Shown here: piece by piece, positions 29,491 through 39,068 of the stretch | Layout: every line of letters starts with the position of its first letter | Position numbering within the stretch: the first letter of the stretch is position 1 | Assembly (NCBI GenBank): GCA_029258925.1 | Contig: JAPDJV010000001.1 | Coordinates: 9,885 to 73,884 of the forward strand | Origin: Thermoproteota archaeon | GTDB lineage: Archaea > Thermoproteota > Thermoprotei_A > EX4484-217-1 > JAPDJV01 | Direction: 5' to 3' | DNA length: 64,000 nucleotides | Made by a program: the position numbers and the translations under genes | The notes under the pieces: model-generated | What the model was told of the DNA's origin: nothing | The model's database searches: none | What the model saw: only the letters and a program-made list of their open reading frames with translations

Positions 29491-29868
29491 GTGAGCTCTA
29501 AGTGCAAGTTAGTAGATGAGTTACTGGAAATATTTAGAAAAATGGGGTTAAGAGTCTTCTTGAATACCAGCATTAAGGGGACTTCAGGTATCAGACACTT
29601 CTTCGACGTGGTAGTTTTTTCAGAGGATGTTAAAAAACCCAAGGTGACGGTGACTATAGTTGAAGCCGGTAATGTAAAGGCCAGTTTACTATTAGAGTTA
29701 ATAGCGAAAGGTGTCGATGTTAAGTGTCCCCACATATTAGTGTTATCGGGTCAAAAAGAGTTTAATGGAATATTTAAACCAATAAACTATACTATTATAG
29801 AGTGCTCAAATGAGAAAGGAAAATTAGAAGTTGATAGGATAAAGAAACTAGTACTTGAAAGAGTGTAA
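29491..29868 (+). CDS. hypothetical protein, possible restriction-endonuclease-like (PD-(D/E)xK / Hjc-like) fold
   Basis: 125 aa; FDVVVF then IVEAGNVK pattern loosely resembling D..E.K. Confidence 0.25.
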   Translation: MSSKCKLVDELLEIFRKMGLRVFLNTSIKGTSGIRHFFDVVVFSEDVKKPKVTVTIVEAGNVKASLLLELIAKGVDVKCPHILVLSGQKEFNGIFKPINYTIIECSNEKGKLEVDRIKKLVLERV

Positions 29869-29940
29869 AATAAAGAATCACATTTAGCTAAAGCTGTGGA
29901 ATAGGGAGTATAGTGCACGTTAGCCTGTTGATTACTGGAG

Positions 29941-30297
29941 GTGAATAGATTGAGAGAAGAAAGAGTTTTCTTAGTATTGTTTGGCTTATTTTTATCTATT
30001 CTCGGCATTCTCATTATAGCATACTCCTATAATATAGTATCCCTATTGTCTCTGGAATTCGTAATACTTTTAATTATAGGCTCTTCGCTAATAGGCTACG
30101 GCTTCACCTATGGCAAAAAGGACTTGGTATCATATTATGCTATTGGAGCTATTTTAGTTATTCTGGCGTTTACTCTAATATTTTCATCATATCTTGGACC
30201 TTTAGCTGGTCTCGGGGTTTTCTTAATAGGTACGGGCGTTACAAGCATTTTATGGCCGCTCGTAGTGTCCAGGAAAAGAGAGAAGGGAAACGCTTAA
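29941..30297 (+). CDS. small integral membrane protein
   Basis: 118 aa, four hydrophobic segments. Confidence 0.3.
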   Translation: MNRLREERVFLVLFGLFLSILGILIIAYSYNIVSLLSLEFVILLIIGSSLIGYGFTYGKKDLVSYYAIGAILVILAFTLIFSSYLGPLAGLGVFLIGTGVTSILWPLVVSRKREKGNA

Positions 30298-31242
30298 CTA
30301 TTGAACTCTAGCTCCACATATGGGGCAATAATTTGCTCCCTCTGGAACGATATGACCGTTAGGACATTTCTTCAGCTTTTTGCCGCAGAATGGACAGAAG
30401 TTTGCTTCTCTCGGTATTTGTTTACCGCAGTAGGGACAAATTACCTGTTGAACTTGTGGTGGCGGAGCTTGTTGGGGTGGGGGTGTGAATAATGGTGGGA
30501 TTATAGCTATTCCCGCTCCCACTCCGGCACCAGGACTCTTGCCAAGTTCCTTTGCTACCTGTTTCACAGTATCCATCTGCATGACGTATGCTGCCTGACC
30601 TGTCTGTCTTAGCCAGAATATTCTCTGCCTCCACTCATCAGTTGTGTCGACCCCCTCAAACTTTAAGTCGATTAGCTCTAACCCTATTCTCCTAAGGTCT
30701 TCCAATAACAATATTTTTACTTCGCTTGAAACCCTGTCCACGTTCTGAAACACGTCGACTATACTGTATTTACTCAAATGTTTCATTAGGTTCTCGTTAA
30801 AGTATCCTCTTAGAAACTTTGTTACGTCGCTACTCTCGTAAAGTCCTTGACCACCTACGACTTCAACTATGAACAGCCTTGGATCGGAGACTTTAAACCA
30901 ATATGTTCCGTGAAACATTAATGGAGCTAGCTCTCTGGTCTGGGTTCTCCCCCCAAACTTTCCTTGAAACTGTTTTAAGCTTACAAATATTACCGTTGCT
31001 CTAAACGGTATTTTATCGAAACCTGAAATCCTGCTTAAAACCTTTGTTAGTAGAGGTAAATTCAACGTTGTTATCGTATGTCTTCCCGGACCGAAAATAT
31101 CGTATAGTTTTCCGTCTCTCATGAAAACTGCTACTTCGTATTCGTGGACGATTAACTGGCTACCCCATTCTATTTCCTCGCTGGGATACTTCCACACTAT
31201 TTCGTCTTCTCTCGGATTAACCCATTCTATTACTTTGGGCAT
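30298..31242 (-). CDS. SPFH/band-7-like protein (COG4260 / YdjI-like) with Pro/Gln-rich linker and two C-terminal zinc ribbons
   Basis: 314 aa; N-terminal ~230 aa resembles COG4260 SPFH-like proteins; PPPQQAPPPQVQQ linker; CPYCG..CPFCG and CPNGH..CPICG. Confidence 0.5.
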   Translation of the reverse strand: MPKVIEWVNPREDEIVWKYPSEEIEWGSQLIVHEYEVAVFMRDGKLYDIFGPGRHTITTLNLPLLTKVLSRISGFDKIPFRATVIFVSLKQFQGKFGGRTQTRELAPLMFHGTYWFKVSDPRLFIVEVVGGQGLYESSDVTKFLRGYFNENLMKHLSKYSIVDVFQNVDRVSSEVKILLLEDLRRIGLELIDLKFEGVDTTDEWRQRIFWLRQTGQAAYVMQMDTVKQVAKELGKSPGAGVGAGIAIIPPLFTPPPQQAPPPQVQQVICPYCGKQIPREANFCPFCGKKLKKCPNGHIVPEGANYCPICGARVQ

Positions 31243-31252
31243 GCTTTTAACC

Positions 31253-31747
31253 TCATTCAGCTACCTTAAATAATCTATCCCTCTCTCGTATAAGACTATC
31301 TATCCTCTCAAGACGCTCCGTGATTGAGGTAAGCTTCCTTTTCAATAAGTCGGTGTCGCTCATAGATCCTCTCAACTCTTCCATCAAGTTCATGATTTCA
31401 CTTGCATCTTTAATCAGATTGTAGTCGTACTCCAGAATCTTCTTTAACTCCTCCTCCCTGATCTTAACCCTATCATAGTATCCGGAGTAACCATGTGGTG
31501 CATGTTTGACCATGCTTATAACCATCATTAGTTTCTTCCTAGTCTTATCCATTAATTCCATTACTTCAAAATTGCCTGTCGCCGCCGGCATAATTCTTTC
31601 TAGAGATCTCTTAGAGTCTTCTAGTATAGATGCTACCTTCTCTCTCACCAATCTATCATCTTCTCTCAACAGCTCTTTTCTCTTGTAGCCTCTGAACCCG
31701 GGTATTATTGTCTCAAGTTTTTCCAGAAAACGAAGTTCTCTACTCAA
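31253..31747 (-). CDS. coiled-coil protein, uncharacterised
   Basis: 164 aa, charged heptad-rich (EELKKILE, LERIDSLIRERDRL); 10-nt gap to downstream gene. Confidence 0.4.
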   Translation of the reverse strand: MSRELRFLEKLETIIPGFRGYKRKELLREDDRLVREKVASILEDSKRSLERIMPAATGNFEVMELMDKTRKKLMMVISMVKHAPHGYSGYYDRVKIREEELKKILEYDYNLIKDASEIMNLMEELRGSMSDTDLLKRKLTSITERLERIDSLIRERDRLFKVAE

Positions 31748-31758
31748 CTTGATACACC

Positions 31759-32748
31759 TTAAATTCCAATTCTAAAGAATATCTTGCTGGTTTTTAAAAT
31801 CTTTGTAAAGCCTGCGGGTACGGTCCCCCCTAACTCTCTTACCTGAGACGCCTTAACCTTCACTTCTACGCTTCTAATAAGTGGTTGAATTGCTCCAGCG
31901 AAGCCTGCTGCAATCCCTCCAACTATCCCCAAGATAGAGTGAAAAATTATTGAAGTAAATCCTCCTACTACCAGACCCGCAGTAATTAGTCCAATACCTA
32001 TCGCGATCTGTGTTGCTCTAATAGCAACCGTTATTGGGTGCTCTACTAAAATTATTCTACCATCAGCACCATCGATCCAGCCCTCATATGTTTCCCCCTT
32101 GTAAGTATATGCTAGCTCCCATACGGGATAGTGGACTAGACCCCTATATTCCACATTCTTCGACTCCTCCTGAAGGTCACTAATACTACTACAAGACTTT
32201 CTGGCTTCATCAAGTAGGGCTGAGGTTAAAAAGAATTCCGCTTTCTTCTTAGCCTCCTCCGCGTCAAATAAGGGTTCGTGGAATACTCCAGCTCTCTTAA
32301 CATCTTCTTCGAAGAATCTTTTACCTCTTATTGGGAAAGGATAGTCCTCTAATAGTAATCCAAGCTTTCCGCCTATGGCTGGTATTCCCAAATACTTCAC
32401 TACCTCGACTCTCGTTCTCCTATTAGATAAAAATGGTTTAACGATTGCCGACCCATGTAAGTAGAAGAAGTATACTGGAACGTAATGCAGTACTCTTTTC
32501 GTAAGGCTTGAAGCCGATGCTATGTCTGCTGGAGACCCGTATTGTCTTGAAACAAATTTGAGTAGAAGCTCGTAAGGGTCTCTTTCGTCGAGGGGGAAAT
32601 AGTAGTGGTCTACTTTAGAAACCTCGTATTTACCTTCCTCCCCAATGTGGAATACTAGGCCGCAATAGGGGCATGTAACCGTCTTAACAGTATCGGGTAC
32701 TGTGAATACTGCGCTACAGTGTGGACATGTCACCTCCACAGCGTTCAC
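31759..32748 (-). CDS. zinc-ribbon membrane protein (YdjG/YdjH-like?), paralog 2
   Basis: 329 aa; N-terminal CPHC..CPYCG double ribbon, C-terminal Gly-rich TM helices. Confidence 0.4.
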   Translation of the reverse strand: MNAVEVTCPHCSAVFTVPDTVKTVTCPYCGLVFHIGEEGKYEVSKVDHYYFPLDERDPYELLLKFVSRQYGSPADIASASSLTKRVLHYVPVYFFYLHGSAIVKPFLSNRRTRVEVVKYLGIPAIGGKLGLLLEDYPFPIRGKRFFEEDVKRAGVFHEPLFDAEEAKKKAEFFLTSALLDEARKSCSSISDLQEESKNVEYRGLVHYPVWELAYTYKGETYEGWIDGADGRIILVEHPITVAIRATQIAIGIGLITAGLVVGGFTSIIFHSILGIVGGIAAGFAGAIQPLIRSVEVKVKASQVRELGGTVPAGFTKILKTSKIFFRIGI

Positions 32749-33680
32749 CTCTCGATTCTAACTCCTGAAACTAGTCTTCCCCCAAAAAACAGTGATATAA
32801 GTGCTCCCATAACTATTAGAGCTATGCCAAAGTCTGTGGGGAAAGCTGAACTAAATGAGGCCAATAATACTCCTCCAAGGGCGCCCATAAGATAACCTGT
32901 TCTTCTCAGGAGAGTGACGGGTTCTGTTGCAACAGTTCTTCTTGCATCCCAGCCCGAGAAAACCATTCTGAAGATAGCTTTCCTACACTTATAGTATACT
33001 GTCCATATGGGTACGAGTATTAACTTGAGGTTTTCAGGGTCACTTGGATCGCAGTAGTAGAAGTCTATTCCATCAGAAATACTCTCATAATGTCTTCTCA
33101 CACTATCACAGGCTTCATCCCTGATCTTGGTTGATGCATCAACTCTATCCATTTCCGTATTTAATATAGGCAGCTTTATCTTCCCCCATTCCTCTTCGCC
33201 TAGATCCACTAGTTTTTCTTGAGGCGGTGTATCTACTCCTATTTTTTCAATAACGTTTCTAACTCCAAACTCCACTACTTGCCTTCTTGCTGGAAGCCTG
33301 ACTAGGACACTCTTATCGAAACGATCTCTATAGGTTCTTTTAACTCTTCTTTTATCCCTAATTTCATACTTATGATATTCGACCATACCCTTAACTCTAA
33401 CATTGCCCACCCATACTGGAACATATTCTCCCTCTACGTCGTAAACCTCTATTTCCCCCTTCATCTTCCTTAGATCAAAATCCCTTTCCACAGCCTTCCA
33501 GAATGAGCTGATTATAGACTCTCTGTCAGTAGATTTAATTAAGTATATGTCATCTATGGACACGACGCCACTAATTACATTGGGATATCCGCAGTAATCA
33601 CATATGGCTATAATAGTTTCCGGAGTGGCTGGTAGTGGTGCACCACACCTACCACACTTGAATTCTTGGCTCGCGGCCAA
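32745..33680 (-). CDS. zinc-ribbon membrane protein, paralog 1
   Basis: 311 aa; CGRCG..CDYCG ribbon, two C-terminal TM helices; 4-nt overlap with downstream paralog. Confidence 0.4.
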   Translation of the reverse strand: MAASQEFKCGRCGAPLPATPETIIAICDYCGYPNVISGVVSIDDIYLIKSTDRESIISSFWKAVERDFDLRKMKGEIEVYDVEGEYVPVWVGNVRVKGMVEYHKYEIRDKRRVKRTYRDRFDKSVLVRLPARRQVVEFGVRNVIEKIGVDTPPQEKLVDLGEEEWGKIKLPILNTEMDRVDASTKIRDEACDSVRRHYESISDGIDFYYCDPSDPENLKLILVPIWTVYYKCRKAIFRMVFSGWDARRTVATEPVTLLRRTGYLMGALGGVLLASFSSAFPTDFGIALIVMGALISLFFGGRLVSGVRIER

Positions 33681-33850
33681 AATGCGACACCGTGCCTTTA
33701 TGTGTGGTTATGTAAATGGTTATCCTAGAATAAAAGCATTTTTTATTCAACTATCTTTGAGAAGGCGTCCTACCTATGGAAGCGATGATTTCGGTTTATA
33801 TACTATATTTTAGTATTTCATTTGAGGAACCTTGTTGCGATGTACTGCTC

Positions 33851-34123
33851 TTAGGATATGGCGGCAAGTATTATCGCCAGCGTTAGGAGACCCCAGCCTA
33901 TTATTAACAGTACCTTCAAAAACTTCTTCAGTCCTTCGAATAGAGTCATTATGATGTATATAGCTGTTATGTTAATTAGAATACTTATGGCCTCCGAGAA
34001 CTCTCTAGCCACACTAGGATTTTCCTTAAATATTGTTGATTCGAGCATGTATCTTAACAGTAATGAGAGCCAGTTATATAACATTAGGAGGGCTTGAGCT
34101 GCAAGCATTAACACGTTTGACAT
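33851..34123 (-). CDS. small membrane protein
   Basis: 90 aa, three hydrophobic helices. Confidence 0.25.
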   Translation of the reverse strand: MSNVLMLAAQALLMLYNWLSLLLRYMLESTIFKENPSVAREFSEAISILINITAIYIIMTLFEGLKKFLKVLLIIGWGLLTLAIILAAIS

Positions 34124-34705
34124 ATAACCATCACCGCCACTCCTCTACTAGTAATGTGCTAAAAATATAAAGCTATAGGAGAATTCCTCCAAGCTATCTA
34201 GCTTCAATGAGTCCGATAATTGTTTGAAGTCAAGAGATAAGTCTCTGATTTTGGGCTTTAGGGTTTCCACATGAATCTCGTTGAATAATACAATCTGATA
34301 GATTATAAATCATGTAAGTCTGAAGTTCATGTTTCATTCCATAAATAGACCTCTAACTATTCAGAATACTATTTAGAAGAGCAACCTCTATATAGTGGCG
34401 GCAGTAGTCTAAATAATGTGGGGCGATGATGAGCCGCTGTCCCCATCCGATATCACAGTGGGGATAGCCTTCCCCTTTCCAGAGCCCTCTCACATATTCT
34501 AGCCGTTTTATAGACCAGCTTTATGGAGAACACCAGTGATCTCACATGAATTGCTTTAATATTATATGTGTTTAAAATAAAAGCCTGTCATAATAAGTAT
34601 GGTTCTAATGCGATCTAAATCACGTTTCCACCAATATTCTTATATCAGTCTTCTATGATTTGATATGTAAAATTTGGTTTAACCATTAGGGTAGTTGATA
34701 ATTAT

Positions 34706-35467
34706 TTGAGAGGGAGAAGTTTGGGGGAAGAGGACAGGATTATCGTATGTAGACCTTCCCATACATTGATGATTATAGTTCTTCTAATAATAGGTTCAAT
34801 AGTTGTATTCTTCGGCTTACTGATGTGGAGCGCTTTTGCCATATTATTATCTACTATTGGATGGGATATTTACACAGGTATAATAGTCGGATTCACCATA
34901 GTATATTTATCCCTTCTCTTGAGTCCTGTAAACATTCCCCTGGTAAAAGTTGAGAGAAGGATTCTGATACCTTCAGTTGACTTCGTTGTAGTCTTCGGAA
35001 TACCCTACCCTATTCCAAGACTCAAGGAGTCTATTAGGAGGATGATAATAGCTGTGAACCTTGGAGGAGCAGTAATCCCAGTAATAATATCTATATATCT
35101 TATTCACAAAATGCTCTTATTCAATATTCCTCTAATAACGATACTCGCAGGAATCACCATAGTTTCCCTAATAACATTTGCTGTTTCAAGAGTTGTACCG
35201 GGAGTTGGAATAGTAACACCTGCACTAATACCTCCGCTAACATCTGCAGTAGTATCCATATTATTATCTGGAGGCGGCTTGCCTTCAATACCGCTATCGT
35301 ACGTCTCAGGGTGTCTGGGAACACTTATTGGAGCTGACGTGTTAAGATTTGCCAAAGAGTGGAGGAAGCTTAACGCTCCAATGGTTAGTATTGGCGGTGC
35401 GGGAACTTTTGACGGAATATACTTGACCGGAATTCTATCAGTTATACTAGTCTTGTTTATACTGTGA
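34706..35467 (+). CDS. polytopic integral membrane protein, uncharacterised
   Basis: 253 aa, about seven hydrophobic segments. Confidence 0.4.
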   Translation: MRGRSLGEEDRIIVCRPSHTLMIIVLLIIGSIVVFFGLLMWSAFAILLSTIGWDIYTGIIVGFTIVYLSLLLSPVNIPLVKVERRILIPSVDFVVVFGIPYPIPRLKESIRRMIIAVNLGGAVIPVIISIYLIHKMLLFNIPLITILAGITIVSLITFAVSRVVPGVGIVTPALIPPLTSAVVSILLSGGGLPSIPLSYVSGCLGTLIGADVLRFAKEWRKLNAPMVSIGGAGTFDGIYLTGILSVILVLFIL

Positions 35468-35718
35468 CTATTTTTAATAGAAAAAGTTAAATAACATACA
35501 TCTTCTACAATTTTGCGAGGGATCGACTTGGCAAAGAACTTGTTTGACGGAGAATCCCTAATAAACAACTATTGTTCTTGTTTCAGCATAGAAGTGTTTA
35601 TTCCATTGAATAGCTTTTCGCGCTCGTAAAAAAGTTCTCTCGAATTCTAGTTTAAGTAGACAGCCCAATGTAGGAGTCTGCATAGAGGACTCTCCAAGCT
35701 ACTCAGAGGTGTTCTTCG

Positions 35719-36654
35719 GTGAACAATAGAGTAAAACACTGTATTTTATGCCTAATTTATTGTAGGATCATGGATTTGATAAGGCTTGGACTAAATAGCG
35801 CTGAGAATGCTTCAGCTATAATGGAGAAAATATCCGAGTTGATGACTGATTCAGATAGAACAGAGTGCTTTGTCGAGACTTTCGAAGAAATAAAGAGGAT
35901 TGCAGGTAAAAGTGATCCCTACGAGGAATTGAAGGAGAAGTTTAATGAGGCAGCTTTCAGATCCTTAGAGCTCATTCGTGAAATAAGGCCGGAGCTGCTT
36001 GCAAAGCCTTCTAGCATACTTAAATTATCTGCGGTTGCAAATATGGCTGATACCCAGGTGCTGGGGTTCAATGGCAGACCTGAACATATGGCTTGCTTGC
36101 TTGAGAACCTTAACGTTGTGGTGGATGAGAGCAGGATTATCGATATGCTTGAGAACAGGAATGTGATGATCATTCTAGATAATGCTGGGGAAGCAGTATT
36201 TGATATAGAATTGGCTAAACGGCTGAGTATTATGGGAAACGATGTTACGATAGTTGCTAGACACTATTCATATGAAATAGACGTAACATTTGATGAAGTA
36301 TCTCGCTTACTCAGCGGCTACGGATTAAAGGTTCTATCAACAATGTCTTCCTACCCATTCTTCTACCCGAAAAACATACCTGAAAAACTTCTAAGTGAAG
36401 CCAGGAGATCCGATATTGTAATATCTAAAGGCATCGCAAACCTGGAGGCATACATAGACTACCACGAATATTATAGTGATATTAACGTGGTCTTCGCATT
36501 CAATGTAAAGTGCGATGTACTATCAGACCTCGTGGGGGTGAGGAAAGGTAGTTCTCTAGTAATAACTGGGGACAGACTTCTCGAAAGAGTCAGGAAAAAT
36601 ATTAGAGAGAATCCGAGACTTAGAGGATTTATAAGGGTAAAACAATCTATGTGA
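35719..36654 (+). CDS. DUF89/ARMT1-like damage-control phosphatase family protein
   Basis: DNAGEAVFD and KGIANLE motifs match the DUF89 metal site; real start probably Met at MDLIRLG. Confidence 0.5.
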   Translation: MNNRVKHCILCLIYCRIMDLIRLGLNSAENASAIMEKISELMTDSDRTECFVETFEEIKRIAGKSDPYEELKEKFNEAAFRSLELIREIRPELLAKPSSILKLSAVANMADTQVLGFNGRPEHMACLLENLNVVVDESRIIDMLENRNVMIILDNAGEAVFDIELAKRLSIMGNDVTIVARHYSYEIDVTFDEVSRLLSGYGLKVLSTMSSYPFFYPKNIPEKLLSEARRSDIVISKGIANLEAYIDYHEYYSDINVVFAFNVKCDVLSDLVGVRKGSSLVITGDRLLERVRKNIRENPRLRGFIRVKQSM

Positions 36655-36820
36655 GATCTGAGAGTGCTGATCGGTTAGCTCGGTTAACGCGTTTTGATTT
36701 TCCGCTAAGTATGATACTTTGCAATAGGGGATGTTAAATGGAGACTACAACGTGAAGCACGTCCAAATTGTTTCCCGGGATCAAAGGAGTTTGAGGCTTT
36801 TAGAATAGACTATGGTTTCC

Positions 36821-37432
36821 TCAAGTCGCACCCAAGGAATTTATGTATTCCAAGCTAGTCCATGTGGCTTCCTCTTCCCTCTTAGACCATAGCTCCTCCA
36901 AAACTGATGTTAATCCCTCTAGGGGAGTGCGTCCTTCTTCGAGTATTTTCCTCAAAAGCATTGAATAATGTTCTTTTAATTCCCAGAAGAAGTGTTTGAC
37001 CAATTTGATGGGAACCTTAATTCTTTCCCCTTTACCGACACCTGGACACTTTAAATCTAAATGGAGGGAATTAACTGAGGGAGAGATTACTTCGAGAGGG
37101 TATAGGCGACATCTTAGTGGTCTAGCTGGATAAATGCTACACTCTATAATTCCATCTCCTTCATTAATAAATATGCATGAGTCTCCGCGGCTTTTAAGGG
37201 ATAAAAATGGTATTACGTCTGCTATTATTGGTTTAACATAGTCATATAGGAAGCCAAGCCAGTGGATGTTCAAGTACTTGGACATCCTTATGACATCAAA
37301 TACTGTTAACACTACATTTGGGCCTGTGGTGCAGCACAAGCCACATCTCAGACACTTGAATTCGAATCCTCCATGTAAATCCACCGTTAAGTGACTACAC
37401 AATTCACACACCTTTTCGTAAATAGCCAACAC
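36821..37432 (-). CDS. YkgJ-family CxxCxxCC cysteine-cluster protein (putative Zn/Fe-S)
   Basis: 203 aa; CLRCGLCC motif plus an additional downstream Cys. Confidence 0.5.
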   Translation of the reverse strand: MLAIYEKVCELCSHLTVDLHGGFEFKCLRCGLCCTTGPNVVLTVFDVIRMSKYLNIHWLGFLYDYVKPIIADVIPFLSLKSRGDSCIFINEGDGIIECSIYPARPLRCRLYPLEVISPSVNSLHLDLKCPGVGKGERIKVPIKLVKHFFWELKEHYSMLLRKILEEGRTPLEGLTSVLEELWSKREEEATWTSLEYINSLGAT

Positions 37433-37682
37433 TGTTGGGAATGCTTTAGGTTATCACCCCTCAATTCCCAAACTAAAACTACTCTTATAAATGTTCCAAT
37501 AAGTAGCCTACAAGACCCAATGTTCTAGAATTTTAATTAGAGATAGCAGCCTACACAGTGGGTCCAATACATTGCCATAAATTTCATAGTGCTCCCGTCT
37601 AAGAGGTTGCTCCAAATTTTATAATTGTAGAAGGTGCCTTCACGAAATTGTGGAAATTTTGTAAATGGTGCTGGAAGTATTT

Positions 37683-38216
37683 TTATATAAAAAAGCTTGT
37701 CAGTTTATGCTTTCTTTTCTGATAAGATGATAAGCGTCCTCCTGTTTCAATAGGCTTTATTATCTCATCGTCATGGTCGTAGGTGAAGATGTTCGTGTAT
37801 AGACCCCATTGAATAAAGTTCATGAAAGCCTCGTCTAGGTCGTCTGGATTACTTTTCTTTACAATAATGTCCACAACCTCCTCTCTATCTATTTCCCCTT
37901 TCTCCTCTAACATTTTGAGAATTGTTTTAAAGGGTTCAACGCTAACAAGCTGTTTTCTAAGAATCTTCTTTACAACCTTGGGGTTCTCCATAGCTATTTT
38001 CTCGCCGATACTTGTCAAACTAATGTTTCCCTCCTTAAACTCGAGGAGACCGAGAGCTTCTGCATCGTCGATTACGTGAGACAATATGTCTAAATCAACA
38101 TCTGTTACATTATTGACCTCCGACGCGTCCAGCATGCCTCCACTACTATATGCAACCTCTATAAGGCCAAGCACCTGGCTTATAGAAGATCGGAGAGTAA
38201 GTTTTCTACCCGTCAT
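37683..38216 (-). CDS. hypothetical protein upstream of ABC transporter
   Basis: 177 aa soluble, acidic; no motif recognised. Confidence 0.3.
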   Translation of the reverse strand: MTGRKLTLRSSISQVLGLIEVAYSSGGMLDASEVNNVTDVDLDILSHVIDDAEALGLLEFKEGNISLTSIGEKIAMENPKVVKKILRKQLVSVEPFKTILKMLEEKGEIDREEVVDIIVKKSNPDDLDEAFMNFIQWGLYTNIFTYDHDDEIIKPIETGGRLSSYQKRKHKLTSFFI

Positions 38217-38276
38217 CTCCTATTTATGCACCAATTATAGAGGTTACATAAAACTAGTATTTAAGCTTGAATATTT

Positions 38277-39068
38277 TCAGCTAATGTACTCGTATACTTC
38301 GTCCAGTATTTCCAGGAATCTCTTAGACCTCCTATTTCTCGGCCTAGGTAGGTCTATGACTACCTCTTTTACAACAGTCGTCGGCCTACTGGACAATACT
38401 ATTATCCTATCGGTCATGAATACTGCCTCGTCGACAGCGTGGGTCACCAGTATTATCCCCCTTATTCCCGCAACTCCCATCCTCCATAAATCGAGTATTT
38501 CCGATCTAAGGCTTTCGGCAGTTAGAGGGTCTAGTTGAGAGAAGGCTTCATCTAATAGCAGTAATTGGGGGGAAACTGCTAGTGCCCTAGCTATACTTAC
38601 CCTCTGCTTCATTCCCCCGCTTAACTCTCTAGGATAAGAGTTTTCGAATCCTGCTAAGCCGACTAGAGAAAGGTATCTTCTAGCAATCTCCATAGAAGTT
38701 TTCTTATCCATGCCCCTAGCTTCTAGAACTAAAGACACGTTTTCCAATGCTGTTAACCATGGTAGGAGAGCTGGGGATTGAAAAACCATAGCTATTCTCG
38801 GGGAAATACCCTCTATAGGCTTATTCATGAATAGAATTTGACCTGAGGTGGGCTTTTCGAGGCCAGCAATAATTCTCAACAAAGTTGATTTACCGCAACC
38901 TGATGGACCTAGAATGGCGATGAATTCTCCGTCGTACATTTTGAACGAAACATCTCTAATAACTTCTAGCTTCCTCTTACCGATAACATAGGTTTTCTTA
39001 ACTTTAATTAATTCCAGTAAAACCGGTAGCTCATCCAATTCTTCCACATCCCACCATTCTGTTCCCAC
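38277..39068 (-). CDS. ABC transporter ATP-binding protein (NitT/TauT nitrate/sulfonate/bicarbonate-type)
   Basis: Walker A GPSGCGKST, LSGGMKQR signature, Walker B LLLDEAFS. Confidence 0.75.
   Translation of the reverse strand: MGTEWWDVEELDELPVLLELIKVKKTYVIGKRKLEVIRDVSFKMYDGEFIAILGPSGCGKSTLLRIIAGLEKPTSGQILFMNKPIEGISPRIAMVFQSPALLPWLTALENVSLVLEARGMDKKTSMEIARRYLSLVGLAGFENSYPRELSGGMKQRVSIARALAVSPQLLLLDEAFSQLDPLTAESLRSEILDLWRMGVAGIRGIILVTHAVDEAVFMTDRIIVLSSRPTTVVKEVVIDLPRPRNRRSKRFLEILDEVYEYIS

Noticed and set aside
34415-34480. C/D-box sRNA (GATGATGA C-box)
   Set aside because: No CTGA D or D' box within the expected 50-70 nt and no terminal stem; only a partial motif match.
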